From a virus (lineage: Duplodnaviria; Caudoviricetes), in the IMG/VR virus record IMGVR_UViG_3300046383_000019, positions 1 to 24,224 of that record: a stretch of 24,224 bases of DNA; one strand, written 5' to 3'. A program made the translations under genes and the position numbers. The notes under the pieces were generated by a model, which saw nothing but the letters and a program-made list of their open reading frames with translations, was not told the origin of the DNA and did no database searches. Below, piece by piece: positions 1-9,741 of this stretch; within the stretch, counting starts at the first letter, position 1; each line of letters begins with the position of its first letter.

Positions 1-1
1 C

Positions 2-562
2 GAAAACTTCGGCGCGGCCGTCGCTGACAAGGCGATGAAACCTGTAGAGGCGCTGATCGGCGCATTCCACGATCTCGCAAATGCCGGCCGCGGCGTCGCG
101 AGGTTCCTCGGCTTCGATGCGCCCGACCAGCAAGCCGACGCCATCGGGCGAGCGACCGGGCGAGGCCTCGGCGCCGATGTGATGACCGATGAGCAGCGGC
201 GCGCCGCGCGCGGCAGCGAGCTCGATGCCTCCGTGCGGCAGGGCGCAGCAGAGCGCGCCGCTGCGCGCGAGGAAATACGCAATCGCAAGTATGCCGCAGG
301 GCAGGGCATCGACGCCGGCACGCGAACCTTCGGCGTCGCAGCGCCGGCCGCCTCGGCGCCCGTGATCTCGGCCGCGGCCGCGCCGGTGCCGCCGCCTGCA
401 GCTGCTGCCGCAGGCGGCAAGTCAGTCGCGGTCAACAATGGTCCTGTCACGATCAACGTCGGCGCCGGCGCGAGCGCGAGCGATGCCGCTCGAGCGGCTG
501 CTCGAGCCGTGCAGGCCGAGCGCCGGCGCACGCAAGAGGCGATCGCAAGGACGGGCGGCTAG
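2..562 (+). CDS. Phage tail tape measure protein, C-terminal part (5'-truncated)
   Basis: Frame is open from position 2. Ala-rich, ends in '[32 protein letters not shown]', typical of tape-measure C-termini. Lies directly upstream of the Dit-like gene. Confidence 0.7.
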   Translation, partial: ENFGAAVADKAMKPVEALIGAFHDLANAGRGVARFLGFDAPDQQADAIGRATGRGLGADVMTDEQRRAARGSELDASVRQGAAERAAAREEIRNRKYAAGQGIDAGTRTFGVAAPAASAPVISAAAAPVPPPAAAAAGGKSVAVNNGPVTINVGAGASASDAARAAARAVQAERRRTQEAIARTGG

Positions 563-565
563 GCC

Positions 566-1414
566 ATGGCGAGGCAAGTCACACACCTCCAGATCGCCGG
601 CATCTGGATCGACGTGTCGATCAGCGAGCAGCACGGCTCGAGCGCCGAGGTCACTCGCCATCCGATCGAGGATGGTGCCGATGTCACAGACCATGTGCGC
701 ATCCTGCCCGACACGATCTCGATCGAGGGTCTAGTCACGAACCAGCCGCTCGAGGCGCCCGGCTCGCACAGCAACGATGCAGTCGCGCTCGAGTCAGGGT
801 CGCAGCTCATGACAGGCGATGGTCAGCCGATCATCGAGCAGCGCGAGCTCGGCACGACATCGACGCAGATCACAGGCGAGCCGATGGTCCCTGGTTACCT
901 CGGCATCGTGCCGGGCGTCTCGCAGATCAACGCCATCCTGCGCAGCCTCGGCGCCGACCTCACGCCGCGCCGGCGCTTCAACATGACTACGCCGCGCCGC
1001 TCGCCGCAGAGCGTCGCCTATCAATCGGTCGCCCTGCGCTTCGACCGCACATTCGATCGAGTGCGCGCCGTGCACGATGCCTTGCGCGCGACATTCGAGG
1101 CGCGGCAGCCCGTGCAGATCGTGACGGCGCTGCGCATATACGAATCGGTCGTGCTGGTCGACCTATCGATCGTGCGCGATGCCTCGAGCTCGGGCGCGCT
1201 GCGCTTCGGCGCGAGCGGCCAAGTGATCCGCATCGTGAAAAGTCAGTCGGCGATCGTCGGCAAGCCGGAGCCGACGCAGCCTCGCGCGCTGCCCGCTGTC
1301 AGCAAGGGAACCCAGAACACTACGCCGACCTCGCCGACCGAGGTGCCGCCGCGCAGCAAGTCGGCATTCCTGCAGCTCATGACATCGCTCGGCGCGATCT
1401 CAGGGTCAAACTAA
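566..1414 (+). CDS. Dit-like phage tail/baseplate protein
   Basis: N-terminal 'IDVSISEQHGSSAEVTRHPIEDGADVTDHV...PDTISIEGLVTN' and C-terminal 'VQIVTALRIYESVVLVDLSI' match this family. Synteny after the tape measure. Confidence 0.8.
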   Translation: MARQVTHLQIAGIWIDVSISEQHGSSAEVTRHPIEDGADVTDHVRILPDTISIEGLVTNQPLEAPGSHSNDAVALESGSQLMTGDGQPIIEQRELGTTSTQITGEPMVPGYLGIVPGVSQINAILRSLGADLTPRRRFNMTTPRRSPQSVAYQSVALRFDRTFDRVRAVHDALRATFEARQPVQIVTALRIYESVVLVDLSIVRDASSSGALRFGASGQVIRIVKSQSAIVGKPEPTQPRALPAVSKGTQNTTPTSPTEVPPRSKSAFLQLMTSLGAISGSN

Positions 1415-1740
1415 TGGCGAGCTGGCTCATCACGACTACGCCGGAGCCCGACACGACACAGCGTGTGCCGCTCGGCGAGCTCAGCTACTCGCTGCATATC
1501 TACTGGTCGCAACGCTGCGAGGCTTGGCACCTCGACCTCGCAGACAGCGTCGGCGCGCCGATGCTGCTCGGCGTGCGCATGGTGACCATGTTCCCGCTGC
1601 TTTACCGCTACAAATATCTCGTAGGCATGCCGCCCGGCGACCTCGTGTTCCTCGACCTGCGCGAGGAAGGCGCGCGCCCGACGCTCGAGGACATGGGCGA
1701 TCGGTTTCGCCTGTACTACGTGACGGATGGCGAGCTCTAA
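1414..1740 (+). CDS. Phage baseplate plug-like protein
   Basis: 108 aa with 'YSLHIYWSQRCEAWHLDLAD...LLGVRMV...LGDRF-like RLYY'. TAATG overlap with the upstream gene. Confidence 0.75.
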   Translation: MASWLITTTPEPDTTQRVPLGELSYSLHIYWSQRCEAWHLDLADSVGAPMLLGVRMVTMFPLLYRYKYLVGMPPGDLVFLDLREEGARPTLEDMGDRFRLYYVTDGEL

Positions 1741-1742
1741 CC

Positions 1743-2597
1743 ATGGCAACGCGTAACTACAGCGACTCGATCAACCTGTATGACCGCCGCTATAAGCTGC
1801 AGGTCGATACGCTGGTAGTGACTGAGCTGCAGATAGCGTTCGAGGTGAAGCGCAGCCTCTCGGCTAAGACTGCGAATGCGGCCGAGATCAAACTCACGAA
1901 CCTATCAGGCGAGACGCGCAAGCGCCTGCAGGGCATGCGCGACGTGTTCATCTCGCTCGAGGCTGGCTATGTCGAGGGCACGAGCGTCGTGTTTAGAGGC
2001 TTGCTGCACGAGGCATTCAGCGCGCGAGAGGGCGACGAATGGGTTACGACAGTCTCGAGCCAGGACGCCGCCAAAGAGCGCAAAACAAAACGCATACAGA
2101 AAAGCTTTCCGGCCGGCACAAAAGTCGGCGACATCATCGTAGCGTGCGCAAAAGCGCTCGAGGTCGGGCTCGGCAACGTACAGAACGCGGCCGGCTCGGC
2201 CGAGCTGGTCGGCGTGACGCCGAGCACGACACAGACAGGCTACGTCGCGAGCGGCGACGCGCTATCGGCGCTCGATCGAGTGTGCCGCAGCTGCGGCATC
2301 GAATGGTCGATCCAAGACAATCAGCTGCAGCTGCTGCAGCTCGGGCAGCCGACCGGAGAGCAAGGCATCGTGTTGTCGCCCGAGTCAGGCCTCATCGGGT
2401 CGCCCGAGCTCGGCAAGGGCGGCGTCGTGCGATGCCGGACCCTCATGATCCCGAACCTACTGCCGGGCAGGCGAGTCGAGCTGCGCACTCGCCACGTGAC
2501 GGGCGTCTATCGTGTCGAAACGACGCAGCACAAGGGCGACTTCGCGAGCGTCGACAATTGGGGAATCGAGCTCGAGCTAAAGACATTCAAGCAATGA
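1743..2597 (+). CDS. Baseplate hub protein
   Basis: Start taken at ATG 1743 (MATRNY). Motifs 'FEVKRS...[11 protein letters not shown]', 'LEAGY', 'WSIQDNQL', '[11 protein letters not shown]', 'GVYRV...HKGD'. Confidence 0.8.
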   Translation: MATRNYSDSINLYDRRYKLQVDTLVVTELQIAFEVKRSLSAKTANAAEIKLTNLSGETRKRLQGMRDVFISLEAGYVEGTSVVFRGLLHEAFSAREGDEWVTTVSSQDAAKERKTKRIQKSFPAGTKVGDIIVACAKALEVGLGNVQNAAGSAELVGVTPSTTQTGYVASGDALSALDRVCRSCGIEWSIQDNQLQLLQLGQPTGEQGIVLSPESGLIGSPELGKGGVVRCRTLMIPNLLPGRRVELRTRHVTGVYRVETTQHKGDFASVDNWGIELELKTFKQ

Positions 2598-2607
2598 GGT
2601 GTGTGTG

Positions 2608-2943
2608 ATGGAGATCGTAACCGCGACAGAACCTAACATCGTCGATCTTGCGCAGCCGACCGCGGCCGAGATCCTACGGCGCCTCGAGCGACGCAAGGCG
2701 CTCGAGGCTGACCTTACAGCCGTCGCGCTCGCGCATGGCGAGCCGGCGCCCGTATACGGTCCGCCCGTCTCATGGAATCCGCCCGAGCCTGAGCCAGAGC
2801 CTGAGCCGGAGCCAGAGCCTGAGCCGGAGCCAGAGCCTGAGCCTGAGCCAGAGCCTGAGCCAGAGCCAGAGCCAGAGCCCGATCCTGAACCTGAGCCGCA
2901 GCCTGAGCCGCAGCCCGAGCCGCAGCCCGAGCCCGAAGCATGA
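2608..2943 (+). CDS. Hypothetical protein with long C-terminal (Pro-Glu)n tract
   Basis: GAGGT RBS before ATG 2608. Stop overlaps the next start (ATGA). Fills the gap in the operon. Confidence 0.65.
   Translation: MEIVTATEPNIVDLAQPTAAEILRRLERRKALEADLTAVALAHGEPAPVYGPPVSWNPPEPEPEPEPEPEPEPEPEPEPEPEPEPEPEPEPDPEPEPQPEPQPEPQPEPEA
2782..2937 (+). repeat. Hexanucleotide tandem repeat (CCNGAG)n encoding a PE/PQ tract
   Basis: Directly visible: gagcct gagcca gagcct gagccg ... with third-position variation. Confidence 0.95.
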
Positions 2944-3698
2944 GCTACGCGACGCCCGAGCTCGGCGACCTGCTACAGGCGGCCGCCGAGCAGTCTCGAT
3001 TCGAGCTGCACACAGCGATGCCAGGGCAGATCACAGCCATCTACAGCGGCGAGGACAAGCTCCAGTTTGCCGACGTGCTGCCATGCCTGCGCCGGCAGCT
3101 GCCGACCGAGGTCGATAACCCGGCGCCGCTGGTCGATGAGGATCTGCCGATCCTGCCTCGTGTGCCGATCGCATTCGTGCAGGGCGGCGGCTGGTTTATC
3201 AGTGTGCCGATGAAAGTCGGCGATTTTGTGCTGGTCGTGTTCGCCGAGCGCTCGATCGATCGCTGGATTGCGACGGCGAAAAAGTCGAGCCAGGCGACGA
3301 TCTCGCCCGGCGATGTCGGCATGCACACGCTAGACGGCGCGATTGCGCTGCCAGTCGGGCCGGCGCCGAAGGGCGAGCTCCTGCAGGGCGTGTCGGCGAG
3401 TGAGCTCGTGATCGGCAAGTCGGGCGGCATCCTGATCTCGATGTCTGACAGCCTCCTGCAGCTCGGCGCTATCAGCGGCACAGACTTCGTCGCGCTCGCT
3501 GGCAAAACTAAAACGGAGCTCGACAGCTTCAAGTCTGACATCACGACCCTGAAATCTGCGATCGGCAGCGGCTTTACCGCAGTCGGCGTCGCCATGGCGG
3601 CGAACGGGCCGGCCGGTAAGACCGCATTCGACAGCGCGGCGGCATCCGTGCCGCACTCGCCTGCGAGCGTCGCCGCAACGAAGGTAAAGGCGATCTAG
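2940..3698 (+). CDS. Gp138-family baseplate spike (membrane-puncturing) protein
   Basis: 'LHTAMPGQI', '[38 protein letters not shown]', '[10 protein letters not shown]'. Confidence 0.85.
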   Translation: MSYATPELGDLLQAAAEQSRFELHTAMPGQITAIYSGEDKLQFADVLPCLRRQLPTEVDNPAPLVDEDLPILPRVPIAFVQGGGWFISVPMKVGDFVLVVFAERSIDRWIATAKKSSQATISPGDVGMHTLDGAIALPVGPAPKGELLQGVSASELVIGKSGGILISMSDSLLQLGAISGTDFVALAGKTKTELDSFKSDITTLKSAIGSGFTAVGVAMAANGPAGKTAFDSAAASVPHSPASVAATKVKAI

Positions 3699-3715
3699 CG
3701 TGGTAGGGTGACGCC

Positions 3716-3973
3716 ATGCCGATCGAGCCCGAAACAAGCCGCCGTAGCCTATGCCGCTGTGAGCTATGCGCGTTCGGCCGCTCGATCCGGCACATACGCG
3801 AGCACCTCGGATGGACGCTCGAGCAGAGCGCCCTGCCGCTCGGCCTGTTGCCTGCCGAGCTCGAGCAGCTCGAGCTCGGACACGATCGATGCCCGTCGCG
3901 CCTCGACCTCGCCGTCTATGCCTATCGGATCGCGCTCATGCATGGCGCCGAGCTGCTGCGCCGCGGCTCGTGA
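3716..3973 (+). CDS. Small XRE-type HTH protein with N-terminal Cys cluster
   Basis: 'FGRSIRHIREHLGWTLEQSA..LGL...ELEQLELG' HTH pattern; CRCELC at the N-terminus; paralogue at 13185. Confidence 0.65.
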   Translation: MPIEPETSRRSLCRCELCAFGRSIRHIREHLGWTLEQSALPLGLLPAELEQLELGHDRCPSRLDLAVYAYRIALMHGAELLRRGS

Positions 3974-4038
3974 AACCACTGGACAATCCGTCGCCCGGGC
4001 GACTTGCGCCGCGCGGTCGCTGCCGATAAGGGTCGCCC

Positions 4039-4431
4039 ATGGCTGATCTGCTGCTCGATGCGACCGGCGACCTCGCGATCGCGAATGGCGATCTGCAGCT
4101 CGCGACCGGCGCCGCGGCCGTCGCGCAGGACTGGAACCTGCGCGTCGCCGAGTTCAAGGGCGAATGGCCGCTCGATACACGCGTAGGCATCGACTACCAG
4201 AACCTCATCTTCGGCCCGAGGCCGCCCGATGCCGTGCTGCGCGGCATCTATGAGCGCGTGACGCGCGAGACTGCCGGCGTAAAAGACATTCAGCGGCTCG
4301 AGTTTTCCTTCGACCGCGCAACGCGCGCGCTGCGCGTCGATGCCATTGTCACAGCCGACACAGGCGAGAGTGTCGTGCTCAAGTACAGCAATATCCTATT
4401 CGTCGATCCGGCGACGCAGGTGCCGGCATGA
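4039..4431 (+). CDS. Baseplate wedge subunit (gp25/GPW-like)
   Basis: 'MADLLLD..GDL.I.NGDL', 'FKGEWPLDTRVGIDY', 'GV..I..LEFSFDRATRAL'. Precedes baseplate J. Confidence 0.8.
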   Translation: MADLLLDATGDLAIANGDLQLATGAAAVAQDWNLRVAEFKGEWPLDTRVGIDYQNLIFGPRPPDAVLRGIYERVTRETAGVKDIQRLEFSFDRATRALRVDAIVTADTGESVVLKYSNILFVDPATQVPA

Positions 4432-5621
4432 GCGGCCTCACGCCGCAGGGTTTCGAGGCTAAGACTGTCGAGCAGATCATCGATGAGCTCGAGGCGCAGC
4501 AAGCCTCGACCGTCGATGGCTCGCTCAACACGAGCAGCACGGGCGTGATCGCCAACCTGAACATGTCCTTCGCCCTGCAGCTCGCGCAGGTGTGGGAGCT
4601 CATGCAGGAGGTCTATGACTCGCACGACCCTAACTCTGCTGAGGGCGTCGCACTCGATCACAACGGCGCGCTGACCGGCTCGATACGCGAGCCGGCTGCG
4701 CCGAGCGAGGTCACGCTACAGCTGTCACTGACAGGGTCCGTCACTGTGCCGGCCGGCAGCATAGTCTCCGACCCGGCCTCGCCGACCGTGCGCTTCGCGA
4801 CGCTGTCAGCGGTTACGAACCCGAGCGGCACAAACAACTATCTCGTGCAGGCCGCCTCGACCTCGACCGGCCCGATCGCCGCAGCGGCCGGCACGCTTAC
4901 GAAGATCGAGTCGCCGATCCCCGGCTGGACTGCCGTCACAAACACGGTCGCCGCCGACCTCGGCAACGATGTCGAGACGGACGAGCAGTATCGGATCCGG
5001 CGCGCGCAAGAGATCTACGCGCAGTCGGGCTCGACCGTCGATGGCCTGCGCGCGGCGCTGCTGCAGGTGCCGGGCGTCATTGACTGCAACATCCTCGAGA
5101 ACGACACGGATTTTACTGACAGCGACGGCACAGGCTTGCCGCCGCACTCATTCGAGCCGGTCGTGCTCGGCGGCGCCGATGCCGACATCGCGCAGGCTAT
5201 CTGGCTCGCGAAACCAGCGGGCATCGAGGTCGCCGGCTCGAGCAGCTACGTGATCACGGATTCCGAGGGCGTGTCGCATCCGATGTACTTTACGCGCCCG
5301 ACTGCGATCGTGATCAACGCGAAATACGATGTCACGGAAGCCTCGCCGACAACCTACGTGCCTAACTCAGTCCGCACAGCGCTGATCGCTGCGAGCATCG
5401 ACCCGTCACACCCTGCCTACTTTGGCATCGGCACGACTGTCTACCTCGTGCGCTTGCTCGCCGTCGCACAAGCCGTGCAGGGCGTTGTCAACTTCAGCAT
5501 GGACATCGCGCTCGCGCCGACCGTGCCGCCCGATGCGATTCCAACGGCGCCGAGCTATCAGCTCGACATTGACTACCGCGCTTATGCGACGTTTACCGGC
5601 GCTACATGGTCCGGCCCGTGA
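4428..5621 (+). CDS. Baseplate J/gp47-family protein
   Basis: 'DPNSAEGVALD', 'VPAGSIV', 'G.DVETDEQYRIR', 'LLQVPGV', 'EN.T...D..GLPPHS', 'IAQAIW..KPAGI'. Confidence 0.9.
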   Translation: MSGLTPQGFEAKTVEQIIDELEAQQASTVDGSLNTSSTGVIANLNMSFALQLAQVWELMQEVYDSHDPNSAEGVALDHNGALTGSIREPAAPSEVTLQLSLTGSVTVPAGSIVSDPASPTVRFATLSAVTNPSGTNNYLVQAASTSTGPIAAAAGTLTKIESPIPGWTAVTNTVAADLGNDVETDEQYRIRRAQEIYAQSGSTVDGLRAALLQVPGVIDCNILENDTDFTDSDGTGLPPHSFEPVVLGGADADIAQAIWLAKPAGIEVAGSSSYVITDSEGVSHPMYFTRPTAIVINAKYDVTEASPTTYVPNSVRTALIAASIDPSHPAYFGIGTTVYLVRLLAVAQAVQGVVNFSMDIALAPTVPPDAIPTAPSYQLDIDYRAYATFTGATWSGP

Positions 5622-6220
5622 CGATCACGCAAAACACACAACACGTGACGCAAGGGCAGGCGCTGCCGATCTACGACCTGCGCAAGCCGAAGCTGCAGGC
5701 GCTGCTCGCGAGCTACCTGCAGCAAGTGCAGGACGCCGAAAACGCTGCCTACTCGCTCTATGTCGGGCTGCTCATCTTCTCGGCGACGGGCGATGCCCTC
5801 GACATGCTCGGCGATCTGGTCGGGCAGCCGCGCGACGGCCGCTCGGATGCTGTGTACCGTGTTTGGATCGAGGCGCGCGCTCGAGTGCTGCGCAGCAACG
5901 GCAAGCCGGAAGAGATCCTCGGAATCATCCGGCTCGTGCTCGACCCGAGCGCGAGCGTGACGCTGCTCGAGTTTGTCGAGGCGACCATTCGCATCACACT
6001 GATCGGCACGACTGTCACGCCGATCCTAGCGACGCAGGTCGCCGAGCTCGTGCGACACGCAAAAGCGCAGGGCATCACGCTCGACATGGCCTACTCGCCG
6101 ATCCCGGCGACGGATGTATTCACGCTCGGCGACTCGGCGACATGGTCAGCGAGCAGCACCACGAAGGGCATGGCCGATACGGCACTCACGACGGGCGGCA
6201 AGCTGACCGGCGCTGTGTAG
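5618..6220 (+). CDS. DUF2612-like baseplate wedge (gpI-like) protein
   Basis: GTG start overlaps the J stop (GTGA). 'ATGDALDMLGDLVGQPRDGRSDAVYRVWIEAR'. Confidence 0.8.
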   Translation: MTITQNTQHVTQGQALPIYDLRKPKLQALLASYLQQVQDAENAAYSLYVGLLIFSATGDALDMLGDLVGQPRDGRSDAVYRVWIEARARVLRSNGKPEEILGIIRLVLDPSASVTLLEFVEATIRITLIGTTVTPILATQVAELVRHAKAQGITLDMAYSPIPATDVFTLGDSATWSASSTTKGMADTALTTGGKLTGAV

Positions 6221-6227
6221 TCGATCG

Positions 6228-7295
6228 CTAGCTCGAGGGCGTGAGCAGGTCGCTTAGCTCTGACAGGATCATGCTTGCGCCCTGTTGCGCGAGCAGGAAG
6301 ACGACATCATCGGCGCGCACGATCGCGACCGGCGATCCGGTCACGCCGTAGTGAATGCGCGTTGTCGCCTTCAGCGGGTCGTAGGCGACGTTGAGCTGCG
6401 GCGCAGCGAGGTCCGGCGCTTTCGTGAGCATGCCGCACGATGACTTTGCGCCGGCCGTGCCGCCTGCGCCGTCGCCCGAGTAGACATACATAGGGCCGTT
6501 GTAGCGTGTCCACGTGCCGACCATCGCGGCCGTCGCGCCGAAGATTGTCGAGGTCGCGACGCTGCGGAAAGGGCCGGCGCCGCCCGTCGGCAGGACCCAA
6601 GTGCAGCGGATCGCGCCGCTCGGCAGCTTGAGCGTCACACACACCTGACTGAGCACCTCGTGATAGAACATGTCGAGCACTGTGCACGTGCCCTCGGGAT
6701 GCGTCTCGAGCAGCGTCGATGTCGAGGTCGCACTATCGAACGAGTAGATCGTGGTCGGGCCGGCGCAGACAAATGTGCCGCCGATGGTCCACACGACCTT
6801 AGTAAACAGCTTCGGCGCGGTAAGCATCGTGAGGCTTGATGCTGTGCGGAACTGATAGATCGCATCGGCATCGCTCGTGCCGCCGACGGCGAGCGCATAC
6901 TGCGCCGGTGCCCTGTTAGTCGCCGCGATCGCATTGAGCACATGAGCGGCCGAGCTCGCGCCGGCGACCAGCGACCAGCTCGTGCCGAAGGTCGACTCGT
7001 AAACAGCCTCCGTGTTGCCGACGGCCATAAACCGCGCAAATGGATCCGACCAGCATACGCCGCTCATGTTGTAGCCGGCCGCGCCGACGGTCGCACTCGT
7101 GAGCACCATCGTAAACGGATTGTAAGCGAGCGCGACCTGCGAGTTTCCGACCATCACGATCGCCTCGCATGGGCGCAGCGAGCTCGCGCGCACAGCGATC
7201 GCCTTCATGGTCGCGGCCGCGTTCGCGATCGGTCGCACCTCGGCGAGCGCTCGCATCTCGATATGCTTGAGCAAGCGGTACGGACCGATCGTCAC
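6228..7295 (-). CDS. Putative receptor-binding beta-propeller protein lacking an N-terminal anchor
   Basis: GTG at 7295 overlaps the upstream stop (GTGA) with a GAGG RBS. Asp-box-like 'YESTFGTSWS' and 'FMAVG', 'VVW..GTFVCAG' blades. The start resembles the post-anchor part of 7292..8476. Confidence 0.65.
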   Translation of the reverse strand: MTIGPYRLLKHIEMRALAEVRPIANAAATMKAIAVRASSLRPCEAIVMVGNSQVALAYNPFTMVLTSATVGAAGYNMSGVCWSDPFARFMAVGNTEAVYESTFGTSWSLVAGASSAAHVLNAIAATNRAPAQYALAVGGTSDADAIYQFRTASSLTMLTAPKLFTKVVWTIGGTFVCAGPTTIYSFDSATSTSTLLETHPEGTCTVLDMFYHEVLSQVCVTLKLPSGAIRCTWVLPTGGAGPFRSVATSTIFGATAAMVGTWTRYNGPMYVYSGDGAGGTAGAKSSCGMLTKAPDLAAPQLNVAYDPLKATTRIHYGVTGSPVAIVRADDVVFLLAQQGASMILSELSDLLTPSS

Positions 7296-8476
7296 GTGAC
7301 ATACCTCGATCCCTCGATCGGCGTGCCGCAGTAGATCCGCGAGAACGTGCCGACCCGCACAGCCGCAAACCATGTCGACTGCGCGTAGCGTAACCGAAAG
7401 AGGCCATTCGGCAGCACCATCGGAATGAGGTTTGCCTCGACCGTCGGATCCGGGCAGCGGTCGAGCCGGGTCAGGTTGTATACGAAGGTCGGGCTCGAGT
7501 TAGTCGGCGAGACAAACAAGCCGATCGTCTCATCGAGCGGCATAAACCACGTCGCGATGTTCGACGGCATCCAAGCCGTCGGGCTGACAAACGACTGCCA
7601 GCTCGTGCCGTCGGCGCTGGTCGACAGGCGCGCGATGCTGCCGCTCGTGCGCTGCAGCGTGAGGATCAGCTTCTGACTCGGCGCCCATACAACGTCGTAG
7701 ATACTGAGGTTCGCCGGCAGCGTAGTCGCCGCGCTCCATACCATTGTCGACGATGGCGTCTGACACACTTGACTGTTGTTGAAGCAGAAAAACTTATCGA
7801 GCGCCGGCGCATAGATGACATTGAACGGGCCGGTTGACATCGCCGTCACGTTCGCCGAGTTCCATAAAATGCCATCGGTCGACCAGAGCGCCCTTCCGGT
7901 CGAGCCGACTGCCACGTACTTTCCGCCGCCATAGGCGAGGCGGCCCCACGTAAAGCCTGCCGTGTTGAACCGGCGTGTCCATGTGATGCCGTCGGGCGAT
8001 GTTTGAATCTCGGCGGCCGTGCCGAGCGCGACGTACAGGCCGTTCGCCCATATCACGTCGCCGAAATTGCCCGCATAAGCGCTGCCAGCGGTCGGCATCG
8101 TGACCTCATCGCGCACGGCATCGTAACGCATGATCTTCGCCGCATCGCCGACGCCGACCATGTGCAGGATGGCACCTGCAGCGTTCGTCGCGACCGCGAC
8201 CGCGCTGATCGCCATGGTCGCGGTCGACTCGGCGACAAGGATCGCATTCGCGAGGCACTGACCCTCGATCTGCTGCTCGGGCACGAGCGTCGCAACGCGC
8301 GCCGTGTTCTGGATCCAGTCGTCGATATAATCGATCCAGTCCGACCCGAGGCCGAAGATCCAGTTGAATAGCTCGGCCGTCGGCGTCTGACCGGGCGTGA
8401 ACCCTGTTGCACGCTGCGCGAGCGTCGCCGCGATGCGTGTCCCGATCCAACTCGGCTTGCTCGCTGGTCTAGTCAT
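7292..8476 (-). CDS. Tail fibre / receptor-binding protein: N-terminal anchor + Asp-box beta-propeller
   Basis: N-terminal 'RP...W...A.R.GF.P...A...NW.....W..Y'. BNR/Asp-box repeats QTSPDGITWT, WSTDGILWN, STSADGTSWQ. Confidence 0.75.
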   Translation of the reverse strand: MTRPASKPSWIGTRIAATLAQRATGFTPGQTPTAELFNWIFGLGSDWIDYIDDWIQNTARVATLVPEQQIEGQCLANAILVAESTATMAISAVAVATNAAGAILHMVGVGDAAKIMRYDAVRDEVTMPTAGSAYAGNFGDVIWANGLYVALGTAAEIQTSPDGITWTRRFNTAGFTWGRLAYGGGKYVAVGSTGRALWSTDGILWNSANVTAMSTGPFNVIYAPALDKFFCFNNSQVCQTPSSTMVWSAATTLPANLSIYDVVWAPSQKLILTLQRTSGSIARLSTSADGTSWQSFVSPTAWMPSNIATWFMPLDETIGLFVSPTNSSPTFVYNLTRLDRCPDPTVEANLIPMVLPNGLFRLRYAQSTWFAAVRVGTFSRIYCGTPIEGSRYVT

Positions 8477-8484
8477 AGAGATTC

Positions 8485-9741
8485 CTACGGCTGCGCATAG
8501 GGCCGGTTCGCCTCGCGCGGCGCCGACGCATACAGCGCGCCGACGGTCGCGCTCGTTTGCCCGACTGCATAGATGGCGTTGCCGATGATCTTCGCGGCGC
8601 GGATGTTGGCTGCCGGCATCACATAGCGGCGAGGCCTGCCTACTGCAGGGTCAGGAGCCGATACACCTGCATTGCTAACCCAGTATGTCGAGGCGCTAAA
8701 CCCGCTGCCGTAGGTGACGATCAGCATCATCTGCGCCGAGACGCCGGTTGCGCCCGGCAGAGGCACGAGCTGCGCGAGGTTCGGCACGCCGGCATACGTG
8801 TTGTCGTAGATGCTCGTGCCGCCGCCGAATGTGCCGGCGACCGTCGATAGGACATACACTCGCAGGTTGAATGGCGACGCTGTGTAACCGGCGACGAATA
8901 CGCCGAGGTCCGGATGCCATCGGGCATCCGTGACAGCCTGCAGCGCGATCGTGTTGACCAGTGTCCAAGCGACCGTTGTCGGATCGGTCGACTGATACAC
9001 GCCCGTAGTCGTGACGGCATAGAACCGGCTGAAGGGCGCGCCGGCCCATACGATTTTGCGCGGCACGAGGTTTCCGGGCAGCGCGCGCGTTGTCCATGCG
9101 CCGCCTGCCGCATCGCCGATCAGCGTTGTTCCGTTCACGCCGCCCGCATCGAGGCCGCCGACACAGTAGCGATTGAGTGTCGAGCTATAGGCGATCGTCG
9201 TGAGCGTGCTCGTGCCGCCGAGCGCCGCGAATGCCTGTGTCCAGGTGCTTACCGCGCCATCGAGCGACCAGCGCACGTTGCCGAGGGTAGAGCAGGCTAC
9301 AAACCGATCGCTGCCGCGCACCATGTCGAGGATGTCGACGCTGCCGACGCCCCACGAGTAAGTCGCCGGCGCGGCGCTGGTCGCCGGCAGGAACTGCTGC
9401 AGCAAGCCACCGTTGCCGCCTGCATAGATGCGGTCGACTACGTTGCTGGTCGTGCGCGCGGCGAGGCATGTCGGCACGATCGTCGCTGACCACTGCTGCC
9501 GCATAGGGTAGCTGGTCGCAAACGGCGCCATGAGGTTTCCCGCTGCGAGGTCGCTTGCATAGTTGTTGTCGATGTAGTCGGCAGCGTATTTAGTCCAGTT
9601 GTCCCATGTGCCGATGAGGAAGTTCTTTGCCTGCGCCGGCGCGAGCTGCGAGACCGAGAAACCAGCGGCACGCTGGGCCGGATCCGGATCCGGCCCGTAG
9701 TTGTTCCAGTCGAAAAATGGAGGTCGAGCGACCGGCATCAA
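8485..9741 (-). CDS. Tail fibre / receptor-binding protein: N-terminal anchor + beta-propeller
   Basis: Same N-terminal motif (RPPFFDW...QRAAGF...PAQAKNFLIGTWDNW). Propeller-like blades WSLDGAVSTWT, YQSTDP..WT. Confidence 0.72.
   Translation of the reverse strand: MMPVARPPFFDWNNYGPDPDPAQRAAGFSVSQLAPAQAKNFLIGTWDNWTKYAADYIDNNYASDLAAGNLMAPFATSYPMRQQWSATIVPTCLAARTTSNVVDRIYAGGNGGLLQQFLPATSAAPATYSWGVGSVDILDMVRGSDRFVACSTLGNVRWSLDGAVSTWTQAFAALGGTSTLTTIAYSSTLNRYCVGGLDAGGVNGTTLIGDAAGGAWTTRALPGNLVPRKIVWAGAPFSRFYAVTTTGVYQSTDPTTVAWTLVNTIALQAVTDARWHPDLGVFVAGYTASPFNLRVYVLSTVAGTFGGGTSIYDNTYAGVPNLAQLVPLPGATGVSAQMMLIVTYGSGFSASTYWVSNAGVSAPDPAVGRPRRYVMPAANIRAAKIIGNAIYAVGQTSATVGALYASAPREANRPYAQP

Noticed and set aside
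6228-9741. Diversity-generating retroelement acting on the fibres
   Set aside because: No reverse transcriptase and no template/variable repeat pair is visible in the window.
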